In this document: positions 17,304 to 27,539 of the stretch, piece by piece
Numbering within the stretch: the stretch's first letter is position 1
Layout: every line of letters starts with the position of its first letter
Assembly: GCA_035641075.1 (NCBI GenBank)
Contig: DASQUW010000029.1
Location: 1 to 48,216, forward strand
Source of the DNA: Actinomycetota bacterium
GTDB taxonomy: Bacteria > Actinomycetota > UBA4738 > CALAEC01
Length of the DNA: 48,216 bases
Reading direction: 5' to 3'
Translations under genes and position numbers: made by a program
The notes under the pieces: generated by a model
What the model saw: only the letters and a program-made list of their open reading frames with translations
Told to the model about the DNA's origin: nothing
Databases searched by the model: none

Positions 17304-18049
17304 TGGCCTGCCCCGCGGTGCGCGACCTGCTGGCGGAGCGCGTCCTCGGCACGCTCGAGGAGGATCGCCGCCGGTTCGTGGACCGCCACCTGGAATGGTG
17401 CGCGGGGTGTCGAAAGGAGATGGCCGAGCTGGCGGAAGGAGCGGCGACGGTGGTTTCAGCGCTCGCCCCTGCGGAACCCCCGGACGGTCTCGAGGACAGG
17501 GTGGTGGGTGCGATCAGGGCGGCCGCCGGCCAGCGCCTGCGGGGAAGGACTCCGAGGGTGGCCCTGGTGGCTGCGGCGGTCGCGGGCCTGGTCGCCGTGG
17601 GTGCGCTGGGGTGGGCCGTGGCCATGACGGGAAGGGTCACCCAGCTCGAGAAAGTGGCCGGGGCCGCGGCAAGCAGGGCGGAGAGGTTCGAGAACGTCCT
17701 GCGGGAGATCCTCATCGAGGCGGACGATGGTCGGATCCTCTCCGCCGAGCTGTTGGGGGTGGGAGATGCCGTGGGTGGCGGGCGGGGCATCCTGTTCGAC
17801 TCCCCCGGTGGGCGGGACTGGGCATTGGTGATCGCGGGTGGTCTTCCATCGGAGAACGGTCCGTATCTCGCCTATCTGACGACCGGCGGAAAGCGACAGC
17901 GGTTGGGACGGCTCTCTCCCTCGTCCCCCGGTGAGCTGGCGGTGTACCGGATCTTCTCGACCGACGTCTCTGGGGCCCATTGGGTCTCGGTTCGAGACCG
18001 CACTGGGGAGACAGTTCTCCGCGGCGGCGTCACCGCACGACGCGGCTGA
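17300..18049 (+). CDS. zinc-binding (ZAS) anti-sigma factor, single-pass membrane protein
   Basis: It overlaps the sigma stop by 4 nt. The H-x3-C-x2-C motif HLEWCAGC is present, with one TM helix (VALVAAAVAGLVAVGALGWAVAM) and an RskA-like C-terminal domain. Confidence 0.8.
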   Translation: MMACPAVRDLLAERVLGTLEEDRRRFVDRHLEWCAGCRKEMAELAEGAATVVSALAPAEPPDGLEDRVVGAIRAAAGQRLRGRTPRVALVAAAVAGLVAVGALGWAVAMTGRVTQLEKVAGAAASRAERFENVLREILIEADDGRILSAELLGVGDAVGGGRGILFDSPGGRDWALVIAGGLPSENGPYLAYLTTGGKRQRLGRLSPSSPGELAVYRIFSTDVSGAHWVSVRDRTGETVLRGGVTARRG

Positions 18050-18083
18050 TATCCGCTCTCCGGGCCCCGAGTATCATGCTTTC

Positions 18084-19433
18084 GTGTCCGGTGTCTCCGA
18101 GGTTGTTGGCATCGGCCTTGCGGGCGGACAGGGCGTCCGGGCTCGACCGCTCACCCTGAAGGCGCCTGGCTATCTCCGCTCCAAGGCCGCGATGGCCTTT
18201 CTCGGCCGCCGCCTCATCCGTTGGGTGATCATGATCCTTTCCGCAGAGGGGATGAAGGAGTACTACATCGTCGCCCATGGAAAAGAGAACCGGTATCAGA
18301 TCAAGGTTCTGATCGGGTACGGCGAGGAATTCGGAGTTGACGTCCAGTACTCGCCGGTGAAGTTCGACGCTCTTTCGATGGGGAGCGCCGACTCCACCCT
18401 TCGGATGATGGAGCACTGGGACATCCAGCGGCCATCCCTGGTGTTTCCCACCGACTCCATCGTCGATTTCGACCTCGAGCCGATGTACCGCCAGCACCTG
18501 GAGACCGGGGCCTCGGTCACCATCGCCGCCGTTACCCGCGCTCCCGCGGAGGTCGCGGAGAAGTATGGGGTGATGCTCACCGATCCCGAGCGGCGGATCA
18601 CGGAATTCGTGGAGAAGCCCACGCTCGCGGAACTTCGCGAGCATTTCCATGTGCGGGACCAGGAAGAATTCGACCGCTTGCCGCTGATGACCAATGCGGG
18701 GTTCTACCTCCTCGACCCGGACGCGATGCGCGACGCGGCTGCAGATCCTGAGGTGGCCGCGCTTCGCCGCGGCCGCCTCGATTTCGGGAAGGACTTCCTG
18801 CCGTGGCTCGTCGGCAACGGCTATTCGGTGTACGCGTTCCCGGTCCGCCGGCTGGGTGACCTTGGCAATGTGCAGGACTACGTGGAGACCATGGTCGATG
18901 TGCTTCGGGGGCACTTCGCGTCCGTCCTGCGGCTGATGCCGCCCGCCTACGACCCGGAGGAGGGAGTGTGGATCGCCTCGGAGTCGCTGCACCTTCGGGA
19001 CGAGCGGACAGGGAAGAGCCTGGAGGAGAAGATGGCGGAAGGGCTGGTGACGATCGGGCCCGCCGTTCGCATCGGCCGTTTCTGCGAGATCGGACCCGGC
19101 GTGGTCATCACCGAGTCGAACCTGGACGACGACGTCGAGGTGCGCGAGGGCGCGTACATCGCCCGCTCGTCCATCCGCGACGGCGCCATCATCGGCCCGG
19201 GCGCCACCGTCCGGAACACGGTGGTCGGCTCCATGAGCGAGGTCCGATCTCACGCCGACAACCCCACGGTTCTCGAGGACTACGTGGCGTTGGGCGACGA
19301 GACCATCCTTCTCCCGGGCGTCCGGCTGGCGAACAATGTGAGCGTCTACCCCAGGCTGAAGATCCCCGCTGGCATCCGCGTTCCTCCCGGAGCCGAGCTG
19401 GCCGAGCCGCAGGACGTCCTCGACCTGCTGTGA
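18084..19433 (+). CDS. sugar-phosphate nucleotidyltransferase with C-terminal left-handed beta-helix
   Basis: 449 aa from GTG 18084. The N-terminal GIGLAGGQGVRARPLT resembles the LAGGxGxRLxPLT loop. Hexapeptide-like repeats occur near the C-terminus. Confidence 0.8.
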   Translation: MSGVSEVVGIGLAGGQGVRARPLTLKAPGYLRSKAAMAFLGRRLIRWVIMILSAEGMKEYYIVAHGKENRYQIKVLIGYGEEFGVDVQYSPVKFDALSMGSADSTLRMMEHWDIQRPSLVFPTDSIVDFDLEPMYRQHLETGASVTIAAVTRAPAEVAEKYGVMLTDPERRITEFVEKPTLAELREHFHVRDQEEFDRLPLMTNAGFYLLDPDAMRDAAADPEVAALRRGRLDFGKDFLPWLVGNGYSVYAFPVRRLGDLGNVQDYVETMVDVLRGHFASVLRLMPPAYDPEEGVWIASESLHLRDERTGKSLEEKMAEGLVTIGPAVRIGRFCEIGPGVVITESNLDDDVEVREGAYIARSSIRDGAIIGPGATVRNTVVGSMSEVRSHADNPTVLEDYVALGDETILLPGVRLANNVSVYPRLKIPAGIRVPPGAELAEPQDVLDLL

Positions 19434-20437
19434 AGTTCGGGCTGGCCCTTCCTCACTACGACTTCTCGACGACGGGCGGAGCGCCGGTATCGTGGGAGCG
19501 GCTATCCGCCTCCGCGTCCCGGGCCGAGGCCCTCGGGTTCGACTCCGTGTGGGTCTCGGACCATTTCTTTCTCTCATTGCGTCGGTACGGCGCTTCGTCC
19601 GCGCCGCAAGGTTCGGCGGAGGCGCTCAGCGCGCTCGCCGCGCTGGCCGTGGCGACCGAACGCGTCCGTCTCGGAACACTGGTGCTCTCGGCGGGCTTCC
19701 GGCATCCGGCCCTGTTGGCGAAAGCCGCCGCGACCATTGACCTGCTGTCGGGCGGCCGGCTCGACCTGGGGATCGGAGCCGGTTGGTACGAGGAGGAATA
19801 CGAGGCATTCGGTTACGAGTTCGGGACCGTCCGGCAGCGGTTCGAGATCCTCGAGGAGACGGTGCTGGTCTTGGGGATGTTGTTCGGACAGGGACCCGCC
19901 ACGTGGAGAGGGCGACATTTCCGATTGGACGACGCGTACAACCGCCCCCTGCCTATCCAGCAGCCTCGCCTTCCTCTCTGGGTTGGAGGGAAGGGAGGGC
20001 CGCGGTTGCTCCGACTCGTGGCCCGGCACGCGAGTGGTTGGAACACCGTGTGGGCATGGTCTCCGGAGGCCTACGCGGGGCGGGTACAGGCGCTTCAGAG
20101 AGCGTGCGAGAAAGAAGGACGGGACCCGACGGCGGTTCGGCTGTCGCTCGGTCTCTATACCCTCGTCGGCGAGGACAAGCGCGATCTCGTGGCACGGTTC
20201 CGGGCGCTGCAGCGATGGACACCGGGAGGCGCGCTCGACGGAGTTCTCCTGGACGAGTGGGCCCGGGACAAGCTGGTGGGAACTCCGAATCAGGTGCTGG
20301 AGCGCCTGGGAGAGTTCGCCGCGCTCGGCGTGGAGGAGACGATCGTCTCGGCAGCATCGCTGCCGTTCGCGGTGTACGACGAGTCGATGCTCGACGTCCT
20401 CGCCGAGGGTGTCGTGCCCGCTGCTCGGGATCTGTGA
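19430..20437 (+). CDS. LLM-class (luciferase-like) F420-dependent oxidoreductase
   Basis: GTG 19430 overlaps the upstream stop (GTGA). The 335-aa product begins VKFGLALPHYDF... and contains GFDSVWVSDHF...GRLDLGIGAGW. Confidence 0.9.
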   Translation: MKFGLALPHYDFSTTGGAPVSWERLSASASRAEALGFDSVWVSDHFFLSLRRYGASSAPQGSAEALSALAALAVATERVRLGTLVLSAGFRHPALLAKAAATIDLLSGGRLDLGIGAGWYEEEYEAFGYEFGTVRQRFEILEETVLVLGMLFGQGPATWRGRHFRLDDAYNRPLPIQQPRLPLWVGGKGGPRLLRLVARHASGWNTVWAWSPEAYAGRVQALQRACEKEGRDPTAVRLSLGLYTLVGEDKRDLVARFRALQRWTPGGALDGVLLDEWARDKLVGTPNQVLERLGEFAALGVEETIVSAASLPFAVYDESMLDVLAEGVVPAARDL

Positions 20438-20661
20438 TCGTGGACTACCTGGACGCCGCCGTGCAGGTGCTGAGAGAACAGGGAAAGCCGCTGCACTGGA
20501 CGGTGATCCAGGACATCGCTCTACAGCGAGGGTATCTCGATCCCTTCACCCAGAAGGACATCCGGAAGCATCTCCTCACCGCCCTCTCGGAAGCGGCGAG
20601 ACGATCGAACGGCCCCGTGGTGAAGGCCGATCGGGGCGTGTACGCGCTCCGCGATCCGTAG
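20434..20661 (+). CDS. stand-alone HARE-HTH (RpoE-delta N-terminal-like winged helix) protein
   Basis: GTG 20434 overlaps the LLM stop (GTGA); an alternative GTG lies at 20440. The 75-aa product is YLDAAVQVLREQGKPLHWTVIQDIALQRGYL...ADRGVYAL. Assignment to HARE-HTH is by pattern only. Confidence 0.55.
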   Translation: MIVDYLDAAVQVLREQGKPLHWTVIQDIALQRGYLDPFTQKDIRKHLLTALSEAARRSNGPVVKADRGVYALRDP

Positions 20662-20712
20662 GGCGTTCGCCCGGTAGCGCCTTCGGCCAATCGCTGTACG
20701 CCGTTCAGTCTA

Positions 20713-20740
20713 TTGACACCAATTGCGTAAAGAGTAACTT
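20713..20740 (+). promoter_or_regulatory. promoter of the GAF-EAL gene in an AT-rich spacer
   Basis: TTGACA (20713-20718), 16 nt, TAACTT (20735-20740). The first in-frame start GTG 20751 lies 10 nt downstream with no SD, so the leader is absent or very short. Confidence 0.45.
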
Positions 20741-20750
20741 TTGCCTGGTC

Positions 20751-22034
20751 GTGGACTCCCGAACCTTCCCTCGCGGAGGAGACATCTCACCAGAAAATGG
20801 CGCCTCGGGTTCACGGCATACGCTGATCGAACAGATCCTGGCGCTCGCTCTGGAGCACATCGGGATGGACGTCGCGGTCCTCGCCGAATTCTCCGACGGC
20901 AACGAGGTCTTTCGAGTCATCGAGGGAGACGCCGCGTCGTTCGATGTTCGGCCTGGCGCTGCCATTCCCTTCCAGGACTCGTACTCACGACGTCTGCTCG
21001 ACGTTCCCCCGAGGGGATTGGCGCCGGATGCTCGTTCCGATCACCGACTCAGGGACCTTCTCCTCGAACAGCTGCCGATGGTTGGATCGTACATCGGCGT
21101 CCCGGTGACGCTTCCGGATGGACGCGTGTACGGAACGCTCTTTTGCCTCAGCAGGACGCCTCACCCGCTGCTTGACGATCGCGACGTGAAGTTCCTGGGG
21201 GTGCTGGCTCGGCTGGTGGGGGAAGAGCTGGTGCGGTGGGAGGAGGAAGTGGCCGAGCAGAGTCGCCGACTGAAAAGGATCCGCGGCTTGCTGGACGGTG
21301 AGAGCGGGTTCCGCGTTGCGTTCCAGCCCATCTTCGATCTTCGAAACAGAACCGTGGTGGGATACGAGGCCCTCTCGCGGTTCACAGGAGGTCCTGCTCG
21401 AGCACCGAACGAATGGTTCGCGGAAGCCGCCGACATGGGCCTGGGGATCGAGCTGGAGATCGCGGCCGTCCAGGCCGCTCTGAACTCCTTCGATGACATG
21501 CCGGATCACGCGTACCTGTCGGTGAACGTCTCGCCGGAGGCCATGACGTCCTCGAGCTTCGTCCAGGCGATCAGCGGGAAGGCGGAAGACCGCCTCGTGG
21601 TGGAGGTCACCGAGCACGCAAAGGTGGAGAGCTACGCGGAGCTCGCGGATGCCGTGCTGGCGCTCCGCCGGCGGGGCGTGCGCCTGGCCATCGACGATGT
21701 CGGCGCCGGTTTCGCCAGCCTTCGGCACGTGCTCCGGCTCCGCCCCGACATCATCAAGCTCGACATCACGATGACGCGAAGCATCGACACCGACCCGGTT
21801 CGCCGCGCGCTGGCCTCATCGTTCATCCGGTTCGCGGACGATATCCACGCCACGATCACCGCCGAGGGGATCGAGACCGGTGGGGAATTGGAAGAACTCT
21901 GCACGCTCGGTGTTGGGTGCGGACAAGGGTTCTTCCTTGCCGAGCCGGGCTCCTTGCAGGAGCTATCCCTCCAGGGGCTGGGCGCGGCTCCTGCGCTTCG
22001 CCCGGTTCGCTTCGCGGCTACCGGTACTCGATAG
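20751..22034 (+). CDS. GAF-EAL cyclic-di-GMP phosphodiesterase (no GGDEF domain)
   Basis: 427 aa with a GAF-like N-terminus. The EAL catalytic set is visible: GYEALSR, SVNVS, EVTE, DDVGAG, KLD, AEGIET, GQGF. The listed 765-aa ORF is read-through over upstream genes in another frame. Confidence 0.85.
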   Translation: MDSRTFPRGGDISPENGASGSRHTLIEQILALALEHIGMDVAVLAEFSDGNEVFRVIEGDAASFDVRPGAAIPFQDSYSRRLLDVPPRGLAPDARSDHRLRDLLLEQLPMVGSYIGVPVTLPDGRVYGTLFCLSRTPHPLLDDRDVKFLGVLARLVGEELVRWEEEVAEQSRRLKRIRGLLDGESGFRVAFQPIFDLRNRTVVGYEALSRFTGGPARAPNEWFAEAADMGLGIELEIAAVQAALNSFDDMPDHAYLSVNVSPEAMTSSSFVQAISGKAEDRLVVEVTEHAKVESYAELADAVLALRRRGVRLAIDDVGAGFASLRHVLRLRPDIIKLDITMTRSIDTDPVRRALASSFIRFADDIHATITAEGIETGGELEELCTLGVGCGQGFFLAEPGSLQELSLQGLGAAPALRPVRFAATGTR

Positions 22035-23004
22035 ACGAGAACCGCATCAGCTTCTCGATCTGATGAGTTGAGTCGATGAGCCGAACCGTGCCCGAGTGCG
22101 AGCGCATCACCATCGAATAGGTCAGCGCTCGGTCGGCTCGGTAGCGGACGCCGCGGAGCAGGGCCCCGTCGGTGACTCCGGTCGCGGCGAAGAACACCTC
22201 CTTGCCCGATACCAGGTCTTGAGTGGTGAGCGTCTGCTCGAGGTCGTAGCCGGCGTCCAGCAGGGCGTCGCGTTCACCGTCGTCTCGCGGGTACAGCTTT
22301 CCCTGGATCGCTCCGCCGAGGCAGGTCAGTGCGCAGGCAGCGACCACTCCTTCGGGAGTACCTCCCACGCCCATCAGGATGTCGGCGGCCTCGGGGCTGG
22401 CCGCGAGGATGGCTCCGGCGACGTCCCCGTCTGTGATGAACCGCACGCGCGCTCCGGCCTTCCGGATCCGGGTCACCAGGTCCTCGTGGCGGGGCCGGTC
22501 CAGCACGACGACCGAGACGTCCTCCGGGTCGATGCCCTTGGCCTTCGCTACCTTCCGGACGTTCTCCTCCGGGCCGGCGTCGAGCTCGATGGCCTCGGCG
22601 GCCTCGGGACCCACGGCCAGCTTGTCCATGTACACCGCGGGGCCCGGATCGAACATCGTGCCGCGCTCGGCGACGGCCACCACCGACAGGGCGTTGCCCA
22701 TTCCCTTGGAGAGGAGGCGGGTTCCGTCGATAGGGTCGACGGCCACGTCCACCGCCGGCCCCTCCCCGTTTCCGACTTTCTCCCCGTTGTAGAGCATGGG
22801 CGCCTCGTCCTTCTCCCCCTCGCCGATGACCACGATCCCGTCCATGGACACCGTGTCGAGCATCAGGCGCATCGCGTCCACGGCCGATTGATCCGCCCCT
22901 TCCTTCTCACCTCGCCCGACCCACCGGCCGGCGGCCAGGGCCGCCGCCTCGGTGACGCGGACCATCTCCATGGCCAGGTTGCGATCGGGCTTCTCGCTGC
23001 TCAT
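22018..23004 (-). CDS. glpX: class II fructose-1,6-bisphosphatase
   Basis: The 328-aa product has typical GlpX sequence ([25 protein letters not shown]...DPIDGT...GVGGTPEGV). Confidence 0.95.
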   Translation of the reverse strand: MSSEKPDRNLAMEMVRVTEAAALAAGRWVGRGEKEGADQSAVDAMRLMLDTVSMDGIVVIGEGEKDEAPMLYNGEKVGNGEGPAVDVAVDPIDGTRLLSKGMGNALSVVAVAERGTMFDPGPAVYMDKLAVGPEAAEAIELDAGPEENVRKVAKAKGIDPEDVSVVVLDRPRHEDLVTRIRKAGARVRFITDGDVAGAILAASPEAADILMGVGGTPEGVVAACALTCLGGAIQGKLYPRDDGERDALLDAGYDLEQTLTTQDLVSGKEVFFAATGVTDGALLRGVRYRADRALTYSMVMRSHSGTVRLIDSTHQIEKLMRFSSIEYR

Positions 23005-23993
23005 CCAAGGGCCTCCAGGATGCTCGTGGGCGGGGCTCCCTCATGGACGACTCTGTAGACGGCGTCGTGGACGGGGAGAACCAGCCCGGCCTTCTCGGCG
23101 AGGACGCGGACGTCCCGGGCTGACTCTACCCCTTCGACGGTCAGCCCTCGCTCGGTCATGTTTTCCAGCGTGGCGAACGGATCGCCGCCCATCCCCACCG
23201 CTTCCCCGAACGCCCGGTTCCTTCCCCCGATGCTCGTGACCAGGAGATCCGCCATCCCGGCGAGCCCGAATGCGGTCTCTCGGTGCCCACCGGAGCCCTC
23301 CACCAGGTCGGCCATCTCGTGAACGGCCCGGGCAAACAGGGCCGCCCGGGCATTCTTGTATTCGAGCTCTCGTGCCCGGCCCAGGCCTTCCAGGATCCCG
23401 GACCCGATGGCCGCCACGTTCTTTGCCGTGCCACACAGCTCCACCCCCGGGACGTCGGTCGTGGTCTCCACGAGGTACGTGTTGGTGCGAAAGGTCGCCG
23501 CCGACGCATCGAGCGCCGGAGCGTGGGTGGAGGCGAACACGGCGGCGGCCGGCAATCCATCGGCGACCTCGGGAGCGAGCGCCGGCCCCCCGATCACCAC
23601 GGTGGGCCGGTCTCCGAGCTCGTCCCGGTAGACCTCGCTGATCCTGGAGACGGTTCCGGGTTCAAGTCCTTTGGCGATCGAGACGACGGCGCGAACGCGG
23701 GGGAGAGTGGGGGCGACGATGAAGGCCAGGGAGCGAGCCCCGTTCGAGTTCGCGGCCATGATCGCGATCTCGGTGGCGGAAGCAGCCTCCTTCAGGTCGT
23801 CGGGTCCCAGAACCTGAATGGACTCCGGCAAGCGTTCGGTCAGTGCGGGGTGCGCGCGGTCCTTCTGGAGACCGGGCAATACTCGCTCATCGAAGCGGCT
23901 CCCCCACAGCGTTACCTGTTCGCCCTTCCTGGCGAGATGGATCGATAGAGCCGTTCCCATCGCCCCGGCGCCGAACACGGTCACCCTGGCCAC
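23001..23993 (-). CDS. gpsA: NAD(P)H-dependent glycerol-3-phosphate dehydrogenase
   Basis: 330 aa from GTG 23993 ([16 protein letters not shown], Rossmann GxGxxG). The stop overlaps the glpX start (ATGA). The longer listed ORF runs into the divergent EamA promoter region. Confidence 0.9.
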   Translation of the reverse strand: MARVTVFGAGAMGTALSIHLARKGEQVTLWGSRFDERVLPGLQKDRAHPALTERLPESIQVLGPDDLKEAASATEIAIMAANSNGARSLAFIVAPTLPRVRAVVSIAKGLEPGTVSRISEVYRDELGDRPTVVIGGPALAPEVADGLPAAAVFASTHAPALDASAATFRTNTYLVETTTDVPGVELCGTAKNVAAIGSGILEGLGRARELEYKNARAALFARAVHEMADLVEGSGGHRETAFGLAGMADLLVTSIGGRNRAFGEAVGMGGDPFATLENMTERGLTVEGVESARDVRVLAEKAGLVLPVHDAVYRVVHEGAPPTSILEALG

Positions 23994-24033
23994 CGCGTGA
24001 GCATAGCCCGGCAGTGTCGGAAAATGGCGGGCG

Positions 24034-24921
24034 ATGTCTCCCCGAAATGCTGCTCTCCTGGTCCTCGGTGTGATCGCGGTGTCGTTCTCAGCGCCGCTCA
24101 TCCGTCTGGCCGATGCTCCTGCGTTGGCCATCGCCTTCTACCGCAACGTGCTCGCCGCGGCGGTGCTGCTTCCCCTGGCATGGACCCGTCATCGAGGCGA
24201 GCTCCAGGCCCTGACCGGGCGAGAATGGGGATGGCTCGTTCTCGCCGGCTGCTTCCTGGCGTTGCATCTCGTCACGTGGATCCCTTCGGTCACTCTCACC
24301 ACCGTTGCCGCGAGCACGGTGCTCTTCTCGACCCAGTCGGCGTTCGCCGCCCTTGGAGGAAAGGTCCTGTTCGGAGACTCGATCCGACGCTCAACCATCG
24401 TCGGGATCGCCATCGCTCTCGCGGGCGCCGGGCTGATCTCGGGCGGCGATTTCCGCACGTCGACCCAGGCGTTCGCCGGAGATCTCCTGGCGCTGAGTGG
24501 GGCGGTCCTGGTAGCTGCTTACTTCCTCACGGGACGCTCGCTCCGTCGACGTCTGTCTCTCCTCACCTACGCAGGGGTCGTGTACGCCGTGTGCGCCCTG
24601 GCCTTGGTCCCTCTGATGTTGCTGTCCCACACGCCGTTCATGGGATACGAGCCGAGGGTGTGGCTGCTGTTTGGGCTCATGGCGCTGGGGCCACAGATCC
24701 TCGGACACACCACGTTCAACTTCCTTCTCCGCGACCTGAGCGCCACGGTGATCGCGGTGGCCATCATGGGTGAGCCCGTCGGCGCCTCTCTCCTGGCGCT
24801 GTTCTTCTTCGGTGAGACACCTCCGGTCTTCGCGGTCGCGGGGGGTGCCCTGGTCCTGGCGGGCATCTATCTTGGGATCGTGGGCCAGGCTCGCCGCCCC
24901 GTCGAAGCACCCGTGGGGTAG
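24034..24921 (+). CDS. EamA/DMT-superfamily transporter
   Basis: 295 aa with about 10 TM helices in two EamA-like repeats. Confidence 0.85.
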   Translation: MSPRNAALLVLGVIAVSFSAPLIRLADAPALAIAFYRNVLAAAVLLPLAWTRHRGELQALTGREWGWLVLAGCFLALHLVTWIPSVTLTTVAASTVLFSTQSAFAALGGKVLFGDSIRRSTIVGIAIALAGAGLISGGDFRTSTQAFAGDLLALSGAVLVAAYFLTGRSLRRRLSLLTYAGVVYAVCALALVPLMLLSHTPFMGYEPRVWLLFGLMALGPQILGHTTFNFLLRDLSATVIAVAIMGEPVGASLLALFFFGETPPVFAVAGGALVLAGIYLGIVGQARRPVEAPVG

Positions 24922-24974
24922 CTCTCAGACCGAATCGCATCCTCGGCGGGTGTCACGCCGGTACGCTGTAGGCA

Positions 24975-25823
24975 ATGAAACCCCGGTCTCAGAAGATCGA
25001 CCTTCATACGCACACCGTGTATTCGGACGGGACGTTCACGCCGGCGCAGTCGGTGGAGCTCGCACTGGAGCGGGGCCTCACGGCGCTTTCGATCAGCGAC
25101 CACGACTCGACGGAAGGGCTGCCGGAGGCTCTCCGTGCTGCCGAGGGAACCGGGCTGGAGATCGTCCCCGGCGTGGAGTTCTCAACGATCCACGAGCATG
25201 GTGGCGTGCACATGCTGACCTACTGGCCCGATGTCGCGGACAGAGAGTTTCAGGCCGAGCTGCAGCGGCTGCGCGAAGATCGGTACCAGCGCGGGGAGCG
25301 GATGGTCCGGAAGCTTCAGGACCTCGGTTACCCGGTCCTGTTCGAGCGGGTTCGCGAGATCGCCAGCGGAAAGAACATCGGGCGTCCTCATATCGCCCAG
25401 GCTCTTGTGGAGGCGGGGGTCGTCGCGGAGGTAAAGGAGGCGTTCTCCGACGAGCTGATCGGCACTGGCGGGCGCGCCTACGTCGAGAAGCATGCCCTCC
25501 ATCCCCTGGACGCACTCCCGCTCATGAAGAGAGCGGGTGGCCTGGCGGTCCTTGCCCACCCGGTGCACTGGCGCGACGGACTTCCCGTCCCGGACCAACT
25601 CATCGAGGAAATGGTCCAGGCAGGGCTCGACGGGATCGAGGCCGCCCACCCCGACCACGACCCGGATACCGAGGCCCGCTACCGGGAGATGGCGAAGCGG
25701 TTCGGAATCGTGGCCACGGGGTCATCGGACTGCCACGGCGCCCGGTACGATCCGATCCGGATGGGCTCGGTGACCACCGACCCCGAGGAATTTGCCCGCC
25801 TCAAGGCGAGGAAGGAACTGTAG
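24975..25823 (+). CDS. PHP-domain phosphoesterase (TrpH/YciV-like)
   Basis: 282 aa. The motifs IDLHTHTVYSDG, SISDHDS and a C-terminal GSSDCHG are present. Confidence 0.85.
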   Translation: MKPRSQKIDLHTHTVYSDGTFTPAQSVELALERGLTALSISDHDSTEGLPEALRAAEGTGLEIVPGVEFSTIHEHGGVHMLTYWPDVADREFQAELQRLREDRYQRGERMVRKLQDLGYPVLFERVREIASGKNIGRPHIAQALVEAGVVAEVKEAFSDELIGTGGRAYVEKHALHPLDALPLMKRAGGLAVLAHPVHWRDGLPVPDQLIEEMVQAGLDGIEAAHPDHDPDTEARYREMAKRFGIVATGSSDCHGARYDPIRMGSVTTDPEEFARLKARKEL

Positions 25824-25833
25824 TCCCGCTGCC

Positions 25834-26304
25834 ATGAGACGCTCGCTTCGATCGGCGGCTTTCCAGGTGGCCGCTCGAGCAGTGCTCGTGGTCGCGGCGC
25901 TCATCCTCCTCTCGCGGGCCACCGACGCTCTTATGGACTTCAGGGAAAGGTACTCGCAGACCTTCCGCTACGAGGTGGGTCTGTGGCTTTCCTGGCTAGT
26001 TCCGGCCGCTCTGTCGGGCGCCGCCTTCGCGCTCGCGGCCGCTCCCAGCTGGACCTTTCGGTTTCGCTGGGCTGTGAGTCTCTCGGTGGGACTCATTCCT
26101 GTCCTGTTGCTGGCGCAGACCCTTTACGTCTTTGGTGTGGCGGCGCCAAACAGAATCAGCTCCCCTTCGTGGCTCGCACGCTTCTATTGGTACTTCGATA
26201 GTGGTCCCCAGTTCGTCCTGGCCGGGATGGTTGGAGTTGCCCTCGGTCTGGGCTTCGCGGGACCTCGATCGTCGTCGAAGAACAACGGCCCCACGGATGG
26301 CTGA
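25834..26304 (+). CDS. membrane protein, unknown function
   Basis: 156 aa from ATG 25834 with about 4 hydrophobic helices. I recognised no motif. Confidence 0.5.
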   Translation: MRRSLRSAAFQVAARAVLVVAALILLSRATDALMDFRERYSQTFRYEVGLWLSWLVPAALSGAAFALAAAPSWTFRFRWAVSLSVGLIPVLLLAQTLYVFGVAAPNRISSPSWLARFYWYFDSGPQFVLAGMVGVALGLGFAGPRSSSKNNGPTDG

Positions 26305-26306
26305 GT

Positions 26307-27539
26307 TCAGGCCGCTCTCACCCGGTAAACGGCCCCCCCGGAGAGATCGGTCACGTACAGCTCGCCCTCCTCGTCTTCTCCGAACGAAGCGATGCTGAGC
26401 TGTGTCTGGAGAAGCAGACGGCGGCGCGCGGGGCCGGAACGGGCTTCGGAGGCCGAGAGGCCCCAGATCTGGCCGCCGCAGAAGTCGGCGAACAGGTAGC
26501 CTCCCCGCAACGCCGGGAACGCCGTGCCACGGTAGACGTAACCGCCGGTGACCGCGCACCCTTCTGCCGTCGGGTACTCGGCCACCGGCAGCACCAGGCC
26601 CTCAGCGGCGCACTCCTCGGACTCGAAGCAGCGGCTTGCTTCCATGATTCGCCATCCCATGTTTGCTCCAGCCGGAGTGCCCGCCGGCAGGACGTCCACC
26701 TCCTCGAGTTCGTTCTGCCCCACGTCGCCGATGAACAGGTCGCTCGACTCCCTGTCGAAGCTGAACCGCCAGGGGTTGCGGAGTCCGAACGCCCAGATCT
26801 CGGGACGCGTCCCTTGGTCGTTGGTGAACGGATTGTCGGCAGGGATCCCGTACGGGTTCCCGCCGTCAACATCGATGCGCAGTAGCTTCCCGAGAAGCGT
26901 GTCGAGGCGCTGCCCGTTGTCGTGCGGATCGCCGCCACTGCCGCCGTCACCCATCCCGATGTACAGGAAGCCGTCCGGGCCGAACGCGAGCATCCCGCCG
27001 TTGTGGTTCGCGTAGGGCTGGTCGATCTGCAGCAGCACGCGTTCTGACGTCGGGTCGGCTCGCCGCTCGTCCTGGCGGCGGTACTCGGCGACAACCGTGT
27101 CGCCGTTCACATCCGTGTAGTTGACGAAGAAGCGCCCGTTCTCGACGTAGGAGGGATGGAACGCCAGGCCGAGCAGGCCCTGCTCGCCGCCCGCGGTGAT
27201 TCGATCGGCGATATCGAGGAACGGATCGGGGAGGAGGTTGCCTCCGGCTTCCGCGATGTGGATGCGTCCGGTCTGCCCGACGATGAACACTCGGCCCGAA
27301 CCGTCGCCTGCGTGCGTGAGGTACAGAGGAGCCTCGACTCCGGAGACAAAGGCGGACAGCGAGATCTCCACCTGGCCCAGGCGGAACGGGCTCTCCTCCG
27401 GCGAAGGTGAGACGGTCGGCCTAGGTGTGGTCGTCGTACCCGTCGGCGGCCGCGCAGATTCCGGGCCCGAGGTGCACGAGGCCGCAACCAGCGTGGCCGC
27501 CAGGACCATCGACTGTGCCATCCGATTCATTCGGCTCAT
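26307..27539 (-). CDS. PQQ-dependent (soluble glucose/sorbosone dehydrogenase-like) beta-propeller, probable lipoprotein
   Basis: 410 aa. The signal plus lipobox-like sequence is LAATLVAASC. The sGDH-type motifs GLLGLAFHP, HNGGMLAFGPDG.LY...GDGG and FGLRNPWRFSFD are present. Confidence 0.85.
   Translation of the reverse strand: MSRMNRMAQSMVLAATLVAASCTSGPESARPPTGTTTTPRPTVSPSPEESPFRLGQVEISLSAFVSGVEAPLYLTHAGDGSGRVFIVGQTGRIHIAEAGGNLLPDPFLDIADRITAGGEQGLLGLAFHPSYVENGRFFVNYTDVNGDTVVAEYRRQDERRADPTSERVLLQIDQPYANHNGGMLAFGPDGFLYIGMGDGGSGGDPHDNGQRLDTLLGKLLRIDVDGGNPYGIPADNPFTNDQGTRPEIWAFGLRNPWRFSFDRESSDLFIGDVGQNELEEVDVLPAGTPAGANMGWRIMEASRCFESEECAAEGLVLPVAEYPTAEGCAVTGGYVYRGTAFPALRGGYLFADFCGGQIWGLSASEARSGPARRRLLLQTQLSIASFGEDEEGELYVTDLSGGAVYRVRAA

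Noticed and set aside
18030-19577. 515-aa antisense ORF, along with similar long ORFs at 5924-7132, 15204-16433, 36952-38055, 38069-39073, 43558-44829 and 45220-46290
   Set aside because: All are antisense to genes with clear family signatures (nucleotidyltransferase, pepA, mrp, rmuC, PIG-L, amt, glnD). All translate to Arg/Pro/Gly-rich sequence with no motifs, so they are GC-driven open frames.
19737-22034. Listed 765-aa ORF treated as one large protein
   Set aside because: Only the C-terminal 427 aa (GAF-EAL) look like protein. The first 338 aa are an alternative-frame read through the LLM and HARE-HTH genes. They also cross an AT-rich promoter-like spacer.
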